In this document: piece after piece, positions 8,673-17,441 of the stretch
How the letters are laid out: each line of letters begins with the position of its first letter
How positions within the stretch are numbered: the first letter of the stretch is position 1
From: an uncultured Dehalococcoidales bacterium
GTDB taxonomy: Bacteria; Chloroflexota; Dehalococcoidia; Dehalococcoidales; UBA5760
Reading direction: 5' to 3'
DNA: 64,000 bases
NCBI GenBank assembly: GCA_964472625.1
Contig: CAYYLM010000003.1
Span: forward strand, 33,294-97,293
Program-made: the position numbers and the translations under genes
The notes under the pieces: model-generated
The model's input: the letters and a program-made list of their open reading frames with translations, nothing else
What the model was told of the DNA's origin: nothing
The model's database searches: none

Positions 8673-9854
8673 TTAGGGCAGGGGAACCATCTCACCGTCT
8701 CTGAAGGTAACCAGCACCATCCTCCATTCTGTCTGACCAAAGTGGTCGTCGGGGGTCATGGTATAAACGCCGGTGTATAGCTCGAGGCTGACGCCCTGCT
8801 CAAAGGCATCCCTGATCTTGCTTCTGGCTTCTTCTAAACCGAGCTGTCCGGCATTTGCCCTCTTCAGCCCGTCCTCAATAAACAGGATGAACTGCCCACC
8901 CAGAAGGCCCCACATGGATGCCCCGTGGCCGTATCTGGCCTCAAACGCCTCCGCAAACTCTTTATACTTCGCCTTATCAGGGTCAGTGTCATCCAGATAC
9001 TGCCATATGTCAAACTTCGAGGTGCTCGCCACAAAAGGCGGCTCCATCTCAAAGTACTGTCCAAATTCAGCCACCAAGTTGGGAGCCACGTTAGGTGGCG
9101 TACCAACAATCGGCAGGCTAATACCCATCTCCCGGGCCTGCTTGATAGCCAGTGTTGCCACTGGAGTGCCACCCCACAGGAAGATAGCCTCAGCCCCAGA
9201 ATTCTTTATGTTAGTTAGCTGGGGAGTCAGGTCGGTAGCCGTGGGGTCAAAATACTGCTCCGTGGCGATGGTCAGATTATAGTCCGGGCTCATCAGGGGC
9301 AGAAACAACTTACCCCCCTCACCAAAAGAGGAATTCTCGATCAGCGTGGCATAGCGGGAAACGCCCAGCCCCTGCAAATACTCGAAGTTAAGGGTAACGT
9401 AAGATGCCTCCGTTCCGGTGGGCCGGAAAACCCAGTCACCGAGCTGGTCATCGTACATTGTCGTTCCGGTGAGTATCGCCGCTGGCACCTTATTCTCATT
9501 AGCTATCGGTACCAGACTCATGGAGGTACCGGTAGCGGTGGCGGAAGTCAGAATGTGGACTCTGTCCACATCTATCATCTGCTTAGCCGCCAGGGTTGCC
9601 TCAGTTGCCTGACTCTTATCATCGTAAATTACGAGCTCAAGAGGGATTCCATTTATGCCACCAGCTTCATTGACCTTATCGGTCATTAGCTGTAACCCCT
9701 CCAGGGCTTGGAGCCCCAGCCCGGCATACTGGCCCGTCTCCGAGGCAACGATGCCTAATTTATAGGACGCCACCGGCTCAGTTTTCTTGCACGACACCAG
9801 CCCGCCAATGATTAAAACCGCTGACATGATAACCATAATTACTCTCTTGATCAT
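8673..9854 (-). CDS. Liv-type substrate-binding lipoprotein, copy 2 (tandem paralog)
   Basis: Collinear with copy 1 over its full length (same lipobox, EAGG[VI]NGIPLE[VL]VIYD, NLTI..EQYFDP.ATDLT.QLTNIKNS). Confidence 0.8.
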   Translation of the reverse strand: MIKRVIMVIMSAVLIIGGLVSCKKTEPVASYKLGIVASETGQYAGLGLQALEGLQLMTDKVNEAGGINGIPLELVIYDDKSQATEATLAAKQMIDVDRVHILTSATATGTSMSLVPIANENKVPAAILTGTTMYDDQLGDWVFRPTGTEASYVTLNFEYLQGLGVSRYATLIENSSFGEGGKLFLPLMSPDYNLTIATEQYFDPTATDLTPQLTNIKNSGAEAIFLWGGTPVATLAIKQAREMGISLPIVGTPPNVAPNLVAEFGQYFEMEPPFVASTSKFDIWQYLDDTDPDKAKYKEFAEAFEARYGHGASMWGLLGGQFILFIEDGLKRANAGQLGLEEARSKIRDAFEQGVSLELYTGVYTMTPDDHFGQTEWRMVLVTFRDGEMVPLP

Positions 9855-9968
9855 TTAATATGACCTCCTTCCTAGCACAGAACTATTCATTAACAGCATC
9901 CCTGCGGCATCATCTTGAACACCGTGGTATCTGCTGGTAAATCGCTATTCACGAAATAATAACCTATC

Positions 9969-10841
9969 TTAGTCTGCCGCCCACCAACTAAATTTAATAA
10001 CTCCCAGCCCATCATGGTGTGTTACCGTTGGGTAGACGGGGGTGATAAAGCATTCGGCACAGGGAAACCGGGACAAAGCAAGCTCTCTAAGCTCCTCGGC
10101 TTCAGTCAGGGCGTCGGTATGATTTATAGCTACGTTTAACCTTCTCCCGTCACTTCTCTCACTTACTATTTCAAACAGCTTTTTCAGCGCTTGCTCTCGA
10201 GTTTTACACCTAACTAGGGGTGTCATCTGCCCTTCAGTGGATGCGGCTACCTCAAGCAGCGCTGTGTTGGTAACCTTAGAACTTGCCCAGGGAAGAGCCT
10301 TATGTATCCTACCCCCCTTAGCCAGAAGAGAGAGGTCGTCAATCAGGGAAATCATGCTAACTCTACTTACCAGATTATTAGTCATTTCGGAGACCTCGGC
10401 TAGGCTCTTACCGGCCGCGGCAGCTCTGGCAGCTTCTATAGCAATGAGCATCTGGGCCCCGCAAACGGTGCGAGTATCTATGACTGCAATGGCAGTTTGA
10501 GGTAGCTCCTCTTTGACCTTTTTTTTCGCCTGTATTGCAGTATTAAACATCATCCCGAACTTTGAACTGTAGCATAGGTATAAAATAGACTCTGCCCTCT
10601 GGCTTAACTCTCGGAATGTTTGCGCGAAATAGCCTATTGAGGCAGATGAAGAGGTAGGCACATCGCCGCCTTCCTTCCACTTCGGTATTTGCCGATAATA
10701 CCACTGAAGGTCTATCTCGGTCTCGAGATATTGTTTACCATCTATGATTATCGTTAACGGTACTAGTCTAATATCGTAAGCGTCCGTTAGTTCCTTAGTC
10801 ATCTGTGAGACGGTATCGGTTATGACGGCAACTCTCTTCAA
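9969..10841 (-). CDS. DegV family fatty-acid-binding protein (FakB-like), paralog 1
   Basis: MKRVAVITDT...TSSSASIGYF...LAKGGRIHKA motifs typical of DegV. Confidence 0.85.
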   Translation of the reverse strand: MKRVAVITDTVSQMTKELTDAYDIRLVPLTIIIDGKQYLETEIDLQWYYRQIPKWKEGGDVPTSSSASIGYFAQTFRELSQRAESILYLCYSSKFGMMFNTAIQAKKKVKEELPQTAIAVIDTRTVCGAQMLIAIEAARAAAAGKSLAEVSEMTNNLVSRVSMISLIDDLSLLAKGGRIHKALPWASSKVTNTALLEVAASTEGQMTPLVRCKTREQALKKLFEIVSERSDGRRLNVAINHTDALTEAEELRELALSRFPCAECFITPVYPTVTHHDGLGVIKFSWWAAD

Positions 10842-10875
10842 TATGGCCTCCGCTTATGCCATTTCACCATAGTGA

Positions 10876-11226
10876 CTATGCCCGGCGTGTGGCTGGTTTG
10901 GTTTGCCGTGCCTCACCCAGTACGTTGGCTACAAACTCCAGGGGTATCCGGCTTCTCTTCGCTATCCTCATCACTGCTTCCCGAAGGAGGCTGTTTAGAA
11001 GCCCGGCATCCTTACACTTGGGCAGAAGGGTAGCGAAGGCACTCTGTAGTTCGGTAATCGAGGCTTCCTCCTCGTGCAGCTCAAGACACTGCTCACAATC
11101 AGCGGCAGCCTCAATAAGGTCACGCAGGCTATCCTGAAGTAGCTCTCCCTGCCGGGCAAGAAATCTCTTGGCGCGCCCAAGCTGCTCTCGGTTAACCTTT
11201 AGGCTATAAACAATCGGATCATCCAT
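10876..11226 (-). CDS. hypothetical protein (116 aa)
   Basis: Strong RBS (AAAGGAGGGGGAG directly before the ATG) on the minus strand. Helical, acidic, no recognisable family. Confidence 0.5.
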   Translation of the reverse strand: MDDPIVYSLKVNREQLGRAKRFLARQGELLQDSLRDLIEAAADCEQCLELHEEEASITELQSAFATLLPKCKDAGLLNSLLREAVMRIAKRSRIPLEFVANVLGEARQTKPATRRA

Positions 11227-11358
11227 CTCCCCCTCCTTTAAAGGGGTCTACAAAAGGTGTGACAGAATATACTATACTTGGGTAGACGGCCCTTGTCAAT
11301 AGTCACAATCGGTCAACATTGGCTCTGGCAACACTTCACGGGGGCCTAAAAAAGGGTA

Positions 11359-11388
11359 TTGACCCGATAGGTATACTTCAGGTATCAT
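11359..11388 (+). promoter_or_regulatory. sigma70-like promoter candidate for the degV-degV-fabF-plsX run
   Basis: TTGACC (11359..11364), 18-nt spacer, TATCAT (11383..11388), 35 nt upstream of the degV start. Confidence 0.3.
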
Positions 11389-11422
11389 CTGCAGTATGCG
11401 TACCGAGAGGGAGAGCTAGGTA

Positions 11423-12295
11423 GTGAAAAAGGTAGCCGTCATGACTGATACTGTAAGCTATATGCCGGAGCAAGTCGCTAGGGAGAATGATATCACCATC
11501 GTACCGGCCTATGTTATCGTGGGCGGCAAATCACATCGCGAGAGTGAGATTGACCTTGCCTGGTTTTATAAACAAGCACCTGAGTGGAAGGAGGCAGACA
11601 GACTCCCAACAACTTCGTCTCCGTCTATAGATGACTTTCTAGGGGCCTACCGCAGACTGAGCCAGCAGGCTGATGGTATTGTATACATCGCCTATAGCAG
11701 CAAGCTTGGCATGGCGGTAAGTGCATCTTCACAAGCCAAGGCGCTGGCCCAAGACGAGCTGCCCCAAACCGCTATAGAAGTGGTTGATTCCCAGAGTGCC
11801 TGTGGTGCCCAGATGCTGGTTGCCCTGGAGGCAGCTAGGGCTGCCGCTGCCGACAAGAGTTTCTCTGAGGTTGTTAAGGTAGCCAAGAATCTGGTAGAGA
11901 AGGTGACCTTTGTTTTCATATCTGATGACCTTTACTATCTGGCCAAGGGAGGCAGGATACATCGGGCTTGTCCCTGGGCGGCCTCAAAAATAACTAACTC
12001 GGTACTTCTGGAGATGGACGCTAGGACTGATGGGCAGAATACCCCTATGGCAAGATGCCGAACCAAAGGCGAGGCCCTAAAGACACTGTTTGATGTGGTG
12101 AAACAGCGGAGCGGTAGCCGGAAACTGCACGTGGCGATAAATCACGCCGATGTGCTGGCAGAGGCTGAGGAATTGAGAAAAAAGGCCTTAACTAACTTCC
12201 AGTGTAGTGAGGTTTTCATCAGTCATATCGGGCCGCTGGTAACAACTCACACAGGGGTGGGAAGCCGCATGTTTTGCTGGTGGGCTGAGGAGTGA
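11423..12295 (+). CDS. DegV family fatty-acid-binding protein, paralog 2
   Basis: Collinear with paralog 1; by eye roughly half the positions are identical, and the WWA C-terminus is the same. Confidence 0.85.
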   Translation: MKKVAVMTDTVSYMPEQVARENDITIVPAYVIVGGKSHRESEIDLAWFYKQAPEWKEADRLPTTSSPSIDDFLGAYRRLSQQADGIVYIAYSSKLGMAVSASSQAKALAQDELPQTAIEVVDSQSACGAQMLVALEAARAAAADKSFSEVVKVAKNLVEKVTFVFISDDLYYLAKGGRIHRACPWAASKITNSVLLEMDARTDGQNTPMARCRTKGEALKTLFDVVKQRSGSRKLHVAINHADVLAEAEELRKKALTNFQCSEVFISHIGPLVTTHTGVGSRMFCWWAEE

Positions 12296-12431
12296 CCGGG
12301 GCTAGGCTATGATTGTAAGGTGGTGTATAATTTAGTGTCTTAAACAATACCCACGTTACCTCAAATACCATTTCTGTTTCCAGGCAGCTTGAGTATCTTT
12401 AGGACTGAAATTATATAAATGGAGGTTCAAC

Positions 12432-13307
12432 ATGAAAAGGGTTGCCATTAGTTGTGATGGGGGAACCGTATTACCCAAGACAGCAGAGAAGTACGGTGTT
12501 ACCGTAATTCCCTGTCCGATTATTATGGATGGCAAGCAGTACCTGGAGCCAGAGGTAAACATGGATGAGCTTTACACCACATTAGATAACAGGGAGAACC
12601 TGCCCACGACCGCGATAGCTAATCCCGAGGAGTTTGCCCAGCATTTCACTAGGCTCAGCCAGGAAGCAGAGGCTATCCTGCACATATGCCAAACGCCCGT
12701 TTTTACCGCACTCTATAAGAATGCCCTGCAAGCTAGGGAGATGCTCAGCGAAAAGTTACCCAAAACAAGGATTGAAGTAGTTAATTCATTTACCGCTGGC
12801 ATAGGCCCCGTCACTCTGGCCATCGGGGCAGCCAAGGCCGCTGCCCAAGGCAAGGGTGTGGATGAGGTTAAGAAGCTCGTGAATTCCATCATACCACGGC
12901 TCAGCTTTATCTCTAATCGTGATACCCTCTTCTACCTTGATAAGGGCGGCCGGATATGTGAGGCCCGCGATTGGGCTAAAGCCGAACCAGCCAATAGCTT
13001 TCGGGCTATCCTTGAGGTTAATGCCGCAACCGAAGGCGTTTTCAAACCCCTAGCCAGGGTCAAGACCCTGACTCAGGTAATGGAGAAGTTCCTTGAGATA
13101 GCCAAAGAGAGAAGCGGGGACGGGCAAAAATTACACGGGACCTTTGGCTATTCCCGAGGTGCCGAAGAGCGCGTTAGCAAACTGAAGGAGATGCTCCTCT
13201 CTGAGCTTCAATTTGACTGGCTCTATGCTGCTGAATATTCAGCAGCGGTAGTGGTGCATAACGGCCGGGGACAAATGGACCTTGCTTTCTACACCCTGCC
13301 AAGCTAG
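12432..13307 (+). CDS. DegV family fatty-acid-binding protein, paralog 3 (more divergent)
   Basis: LPTTAIANPEEF, LDKGGRICEA; DegV fold motifs; RBS GGAGG before the ATG. Confidence 0.8.
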   Translation: MKRVAISCDGGTVLPKTAEKYGVTVIPCPIIMDGKQYLEPEVNMDELYTTLDNRENLPTTAIANPEEFAQHFTRLSQEAEAILHICQTPVFTALYKNALQAREMLSEKLPKTRIEVVNSFTAGIGPVTLAIGAAKAAAQGKGVDEVKKLVNSIIPRLSFISNRDTLFYLDKGGRICEARDWAKAEPANSFRAILEVNAATEGVFKPLARVKTLTQVMEKFLEIAKERSGDGQKLHGTFGYSRGAEERVSKLKEMLLSELQFDWLYAAEYSAAVVVHNGRGQMDLAFYTLPS

Positions 13308-13513
13308 GTTATATGTTCACGCTAGTCAAGACCTAGGGGCAGGTGGCGTTATCGGATGGGGAAATCGGGTTCACGATCTGTGTGAAGGTACTACTGATAC
13401 CGCTCCCTTTGCCCCTAGATGTCTCCCATGATAAGATGGCAGGTAGTCATTGCGGCTAATGGTATCTCATTAGCGCCCGCTAGCCTTATGAATAAAGGAG
13501 AGGATGCTGGAAC

Positions 13514-14746
13514 ATGAAGCGGGTAGTCGTTACCGGGATGGGGGTCATTTGCCCTATCGGCTTAAACGTAGCGGAGTTCGGGACAAACCTGGCGGTGGGG
13601 AAATCAGGTATCGACCGTATTAGCTGTTTTGACACTACTAACTCCCCGGTAAAAGTAGCTGGCGAGGTAAGGAACTTTGACCAGACCAAACATATGGACC
13701 TAAAGACAGTCCAGCGCACCCGGCGGGCGATTCACTTTGCCATCCCGGCTACCAAAGAAGCTATAGCTCGAGCTAACCTGGATATGACTCAAGAGCCACC
13801 AGAACGGGTGGGCGTTGTTTCCTCTACTACGATGGAGGATGACTACACAGTACAACGACAATGGGCATCCTCAAACCCAAACACGAAGGCAAGACGAGCT
13901 GACCCGCTGTTTTTTACCAAGGCAGCACCCAGCGCCGTCTCTCTACAAGTAGGTATGCTCCTTAGAGCCAGAGGCCCCAATACCAGTGTCAACAGCCTCT
14001 GTGCCAGCGGCACTGATACTATCGGCACTGCCCTGAACTTCATCCGCTTTGGCTATGCTGATGTCATGATAGCCGCTGCCTCTGATGCCTCACTGGATGA
14101 AACAACCATCTCCGCGCTGAGTGTCCTGGGTTCCCTGACCAAAGAGCCCGACCCAGATAAGGCAAGCCGGCCCTTTGACCTGAACCGTAGCGGCTTTGTC
14201 TACGGGGAAGGGTGTGGGGTACTGGTGCTGGAGAGCCTGGAGCATGCCCAGAAGCGAGGCGCTCCAATTCTGGCTGAGGTGGTGGGGGCTGCCTGGACGT
14301 TCGATGCCCATGATGCCACCGCCCCCAATCCAGAAACCGAAGCCTTAGCCATGATGAACGCCCTCAAGGACGCCGGGGTAAGCCCGGAGGATGTGGACTA
14401 CATCAACGCCCACGGCACCAGCACCAAGCTGAACGATGTCAGTGAGACCCGGGCTATCAAGATGGCCTTTGGAGACCGCGCCTACCAGATTCCCATAAGT
14501 GCCCACAAGTCCATGTTCGGCCACCTGATCACGGCTGGTGGTGCCGTTGAATCGATTGGTGCCATCTTAACCATAAATAATGGCATCATTCCACCCACGA
14601 TACACTACGAGACCCCCGACCCGGACTGCGACCTGGACTATGTGCCCAATGTGGCTCGGGAGGCAGAGGTAAATATCTGTCTCAAGGATAGCTTTGGCCT
14701 CGGGGGGCAGAATTGCTGCCTTGTCTTCAAAAGGCTTAAGGATTAA
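13514..14746 (+). CDS. fabF: 3-oxoacyl-ACP synthase II
   Basis: KAS II catalytic triad contexts NSLCASGTD, NAHGTSTKLND, HKSMFGHLITAGG. Confidence 0.9.
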   Translation: MKRVVVTGMGVICPIGLNVAEFGTNLAVGKSGIDRISCFDTTNSPVKVAGEVRNFDQTKHMDLKTVQRTRRAIHFAIPATKEAIARANLDMTQEPPERVGVVSSTTMEDDYTVQRQWASSNPNTKARRADPLFFTKAAPSAVSLQVGMLLRARGPNTSVNSLCASGTDTIGTALNFIRFGYADVMIAAASDASLDETTISALSVLGSLTKEPDPDKASRPFDLNRSGFVYGEGCGVLVLESLEHAQKRGAPILAEVVGAAWTFDAHDATAPNPETEALAMMNALKDAGVSPEDVDYINAHGTSTKLNDVSETRAIKMAFGDRAYQIPISAHKSMFGHLITAGGAVESIGAILTINNGIIPPTIHYETPDPDCDLDYVPNVAREAEVNICLKDSFGLGGQNCCLVFKRLKD

Positions 14747-14790
14747 TGACAATCGTTCGTAGCGCGGGTTGAGGTAAAGGGAGACGGCTT

Positions 14791-15741
14791 TTGACCGGAA
14801 TTAGACGGAGAGTGAGGATAGCCATTGATGCCATGGGGGGTGATTACGCTCCTCAGGAGATAGTCCAAGGTGCTGTAGCAGCCGCCGGGAGGGATAAGGG
14901 TGTCGAACCGATACTGGTTGGGCCGCTTGATATTCTGGAGAAGGAACTAGCCAAGTACGATACCGGGGGACTAGCGATTCGCTGCGCCCCTGCTGATGAC
15001 TTCATTAAGAAAGGGGAAAATCCGGCTCTGGCTGTCCGGCGTAAACCCAATTCCTCAATAGCCGTCGCCACCAGGATGGTGAAGGCGGGGGAGGCTGATG
15101 GCCTGCTTGGAGCTACCGATACTGGTGCCCTGATTGCCAGTATCATGCAGTATCTGGGGATGATAGCAGGCGTAGACCGCCCGGTATTTGGTGGTGCCCT
15201 TCCCGGCTTTGCTCCCAAAACCGCCATATTCGACCTGGGGGCAAATATGGACTGTAAGCCACAGCACCTCTTAAACTTCGCCATCATCGGTACGGTTTAT
15301 GCCCGGATATTTATGAATATCCCCCATCCCACGGTGGCTCTGCTGAATGTTGGGGTGGAGGAGGGTAAGGGTAACCAGCTAGCCAGGGAAGCCTACAGCC
15401 TCTTCAAAAGGAGCAGCCTGAATTTCATCGGCAATATAGAGGGGGACCAGCTCAGGAGTGGGCTGGCTGATGTCGCTATCTGCGATGCCTTCGTGGGTAA
15501 TATAGTGCTCAAGCTGATTGAGTCCTTAGGCCTGTTCGCCGATTCAGACGTACCGGGAGCCTATCGTGACCTAGGTGGTGGCATTATCTGGGGAGCTAGC
15601 GGTATTGTGAGAAAGATGCACGGCAGTAGCTGGGCTCATCATGTAGCCGTAAAAATAAACGATGTTAAACAGGTGGTTGAAGTAGACCTGATCGGTACCC
15701 TCAAATCGGAGTTCGCCAGAATCATGAAGGAGCTAAAATAA
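14791..15741 (+). CDS. plsX: phosphate acyltransferase PlsX
   Basis: RIAIDAMGGDYAPQEIV N-terminus and overall PlsX collinearity; TTG start in the track. Confidence 0.85.
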   Translation: MTGIRRRVRIAIDAMGGDYAPQEIVQGAVAAAGRDKGVEPILVGPLDILEKELAKYDTGGLAIRCAPADDFIKKGENPALAVRRKPNSSIAVATRMVKAGEADGLLGATDTGALIASIMQYLGMIAGVDRPVFGGALPGFAPKTAIFDLGANMDCKPQHLLNFAIIGTVYARIFMNIPHPTVALLNVGVEEGKGNQLAREAYSLFKRSSLNFIGNIEGDQLRSGLADVAICDAFVGNIVLKLIESLGLFADSDVPGAYRDLGGGIIWGASGIVRKMHGSSWAHHVAVKINDVKQVVEVDLIGTLKSEFARIMKELK

Positions 15742-15832
15742 GCTAGTGCCCAGAGCGCTGTACCCTAAGGCGAGGGTTACTGGGATAAGAAACTAATTAG
15801 AGAGGGATAAGGAAATTATAGTCGCTATCGTC

Positions 15833-16873
15833 GTGGTGGCCATTCTGGGTTCCATAGCCGCCCTTACCTATCTTGTCCCCTATAAGAGAACCCATAAGCG
15901 ATGGGCTGAGATTCAAGAAATCCTGGCTGACCTGAAATCACTAGAGCCGCACCCGAATTACCAGGAGGCAGTGAGAGTCAATGTTGAGTTCTTCAGGGCA
16001 ATTCGGTGCCCCTTCAGTTATCTATGGTGGTTAGCCTTCCGGGCACCAAAACTGAGAAGAAACCGGACTAAGCTCGTTGAGATCATTGACCTGCCCTTTC
16101 CCAAGTGGCAAAAGGAGGTCTTGGAAACGCTCTCCTGGTTTGAAGTCTGGATGCGAATTCTAGTTCCGATCCGGGAACAGATTATTCGGGAACTGGTGAG
16201 GCTTAAGAAAACTAAGCAAGAGCCTATCGTAGTCGCTAGTATCGGCTGTGGGGGTATGGAGCTGGAGAGACAGGTTATCTATCAGCTTCTGAGAAAGCGC
16301 TTTGACCTTCCGGTAATCTTTGTCGGCGTTGATTCTTCTCCGGCTAGCTTTGAGGTGGCCACCGCAAAGTTTAGGAATCTTACCGCTAAGGGGCTGGTCC
16401 AGATAAAAGCTGCCTCTCACCTGGGGAATGATGACCTGAACCAGCTTAAGGCTGAGGCGGCTTCCCAGAAATTACTGTTGGTGTTTTTAGAGGCCGATGC
16501 CTTTGACCTAGAAGGGCTTGCCGAAGACTCCTTTGACCTTGTCTATCACACTCGACTGCGGCATCACCTAACGCATGAAGAGGGTAGGAGGTTAGACAAA
16601 CTCGCTTCCCATTTAGCCCCCCGGCTCGTGGAATTGGACGACCTATTCAGTGTCTTGGGGATTATCCTGATTAGCGTCTTCGTGTGGCGTTTTCCGGCGG
16701 TGCTGAATGGAGCGGTTTTCAGCTATCTTAAGGACTTCTCCCGGAAGGAAGTTTTGGCTAAGAGGGAGGGGGGTTGGGAGGTTGATTTCTCCCGAAAACC
16801 CTTTTCGTGTTACCTGAGAGTCCACAATAAGGTGAGCCACCCCACCCCAGCCGGACATAGCACTGGGACGTGA
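15833..16873 (+). CDS. hypothetical protein with a methyltransferase-like core and hydrophobic segments
   Basis: VASIGCGGMELE...VGVDSS resembles SAM motifs I/II. There is a hydrophobic N-terminus and a hydrophobic stretch near the C-terminus (LFSVLGIILISVFVW). Start (GTG) uncertain. Confidence 0.45.
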   Translation: MVAILGSIAALTYLVPYKRTHKRWAEIQEILADLKSLEPHPNYQEAVRVNVEFFRAIRCPFSYLWWLAFRAPKLRRNRTKLVEIIDLPFPKWQKEVLETLSWFEVWMRILVPIREQIIRELVRLKKTKQEPIVVASIGCGGMELERQVIYQLLRKRFDLPVIFVGVDSSPASFEVATAKFRNLTAKGLVQIKAASHLGNDDLNQLKAEAASQKLLLVFLEADAFDLEGLAEDSFDLVYHTRLRHHLTHEEGRRLDKLASHLAPRLVELDDLFSVLGIILISVFVWRFPAVLNGAVFSYLKDFSRKEVLAKREGGWEVDFSRKPFSCYLRVHNKVSHPTPAGHSTGT

Positions 16874-16907
16874 TATAATAACCTGATGAGCCTTTTAGGA
16901 GGGCGAA

Positions 16908-17441
16908 GTGTCAAAGAGGCTAACGGTTATCCCGGAGCAGTGTTGCGGTTGCCGCGTCTGCGAGCTGGTCTGTGCCATCAAGCACTTCAACGTGAACAAT
17001 CCCCAGAAGTCAGCGATACGGGTGCTCAATATGTATCCCCATCCGGTGATAAGGATGCCCATTGTCTGCAGCCAATGCAAAGCTCCGGTATGTGCTCAGG
17101 TATGCCCGACCGATGCCCTGAAATGGGTTAACGGTGTTGTTGAGCTTGATGAGGCGGAGTGCATCTCCTGTGACAAGTGTGTAGAATCCTGTCCTTTCGG
17201 AGCCATCTATGCCCACGAAGACTGTGAACTGCCTATCAAGTGTGATATGTGCGGCGGGGACCCGGAGTGTGTTAAGAAATGCCCGACGCGAGCGCTCAGA
17301 CTGCTGCCGGAGGCTGTCCTTGGCGAAGCCAAACGTATTAGCAATATCTTAAGCTACACCGCCATGAAGGAGATTGAGCTGTATGAAAAGGGTGAGAAGA
17401 AGGTAATCCGCTACGCCGAGATCGGTAAGGAGGAGCTATGA
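16908..17441 (+). CDS. 4Fe-4S dicluster/polyferredoxin-like subunit associated with AOR
   Basis: Four Cys clusters (CCGCRVCELVC, CSQCKAPVCAQVCP, CISCDKCVESCP, CDMCGGDPECVKKCP). AGGAGG RBS before the GTG. Its stop overlaps the AOR start (ATGA). Confidence 0.8.
   Translation: MSKRLTVIPEQCCGCRVCELVCAIKHFNVNNPQKSAIRVLNMYPHPVIRMPIVCSQCKAPVCAQVCPTDALKWVNGVVELDEAECISCDKCVESCPFGAIYAHEDCELPIKCDMCGGDPECVKKCPTRALRLLPEAVLGEAKRISNILSYTAMKEIELYEKGEKKVIRYAEIGKEEL

Noticed and set aside
8773-9282. Long antisense/off-frame ORFs inside strongly supported genes (also 18196..18892, 28383..28933, 30915..31313, 54367..54900, 63206..63676 and many others in the track)
   Set aside because: These are shadow ORFs of GC-rich coding regions. 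Their translations are Pro/Ser/Arg/Ala-rich with no domain pattern, while the opposite frame has clear family motifs.
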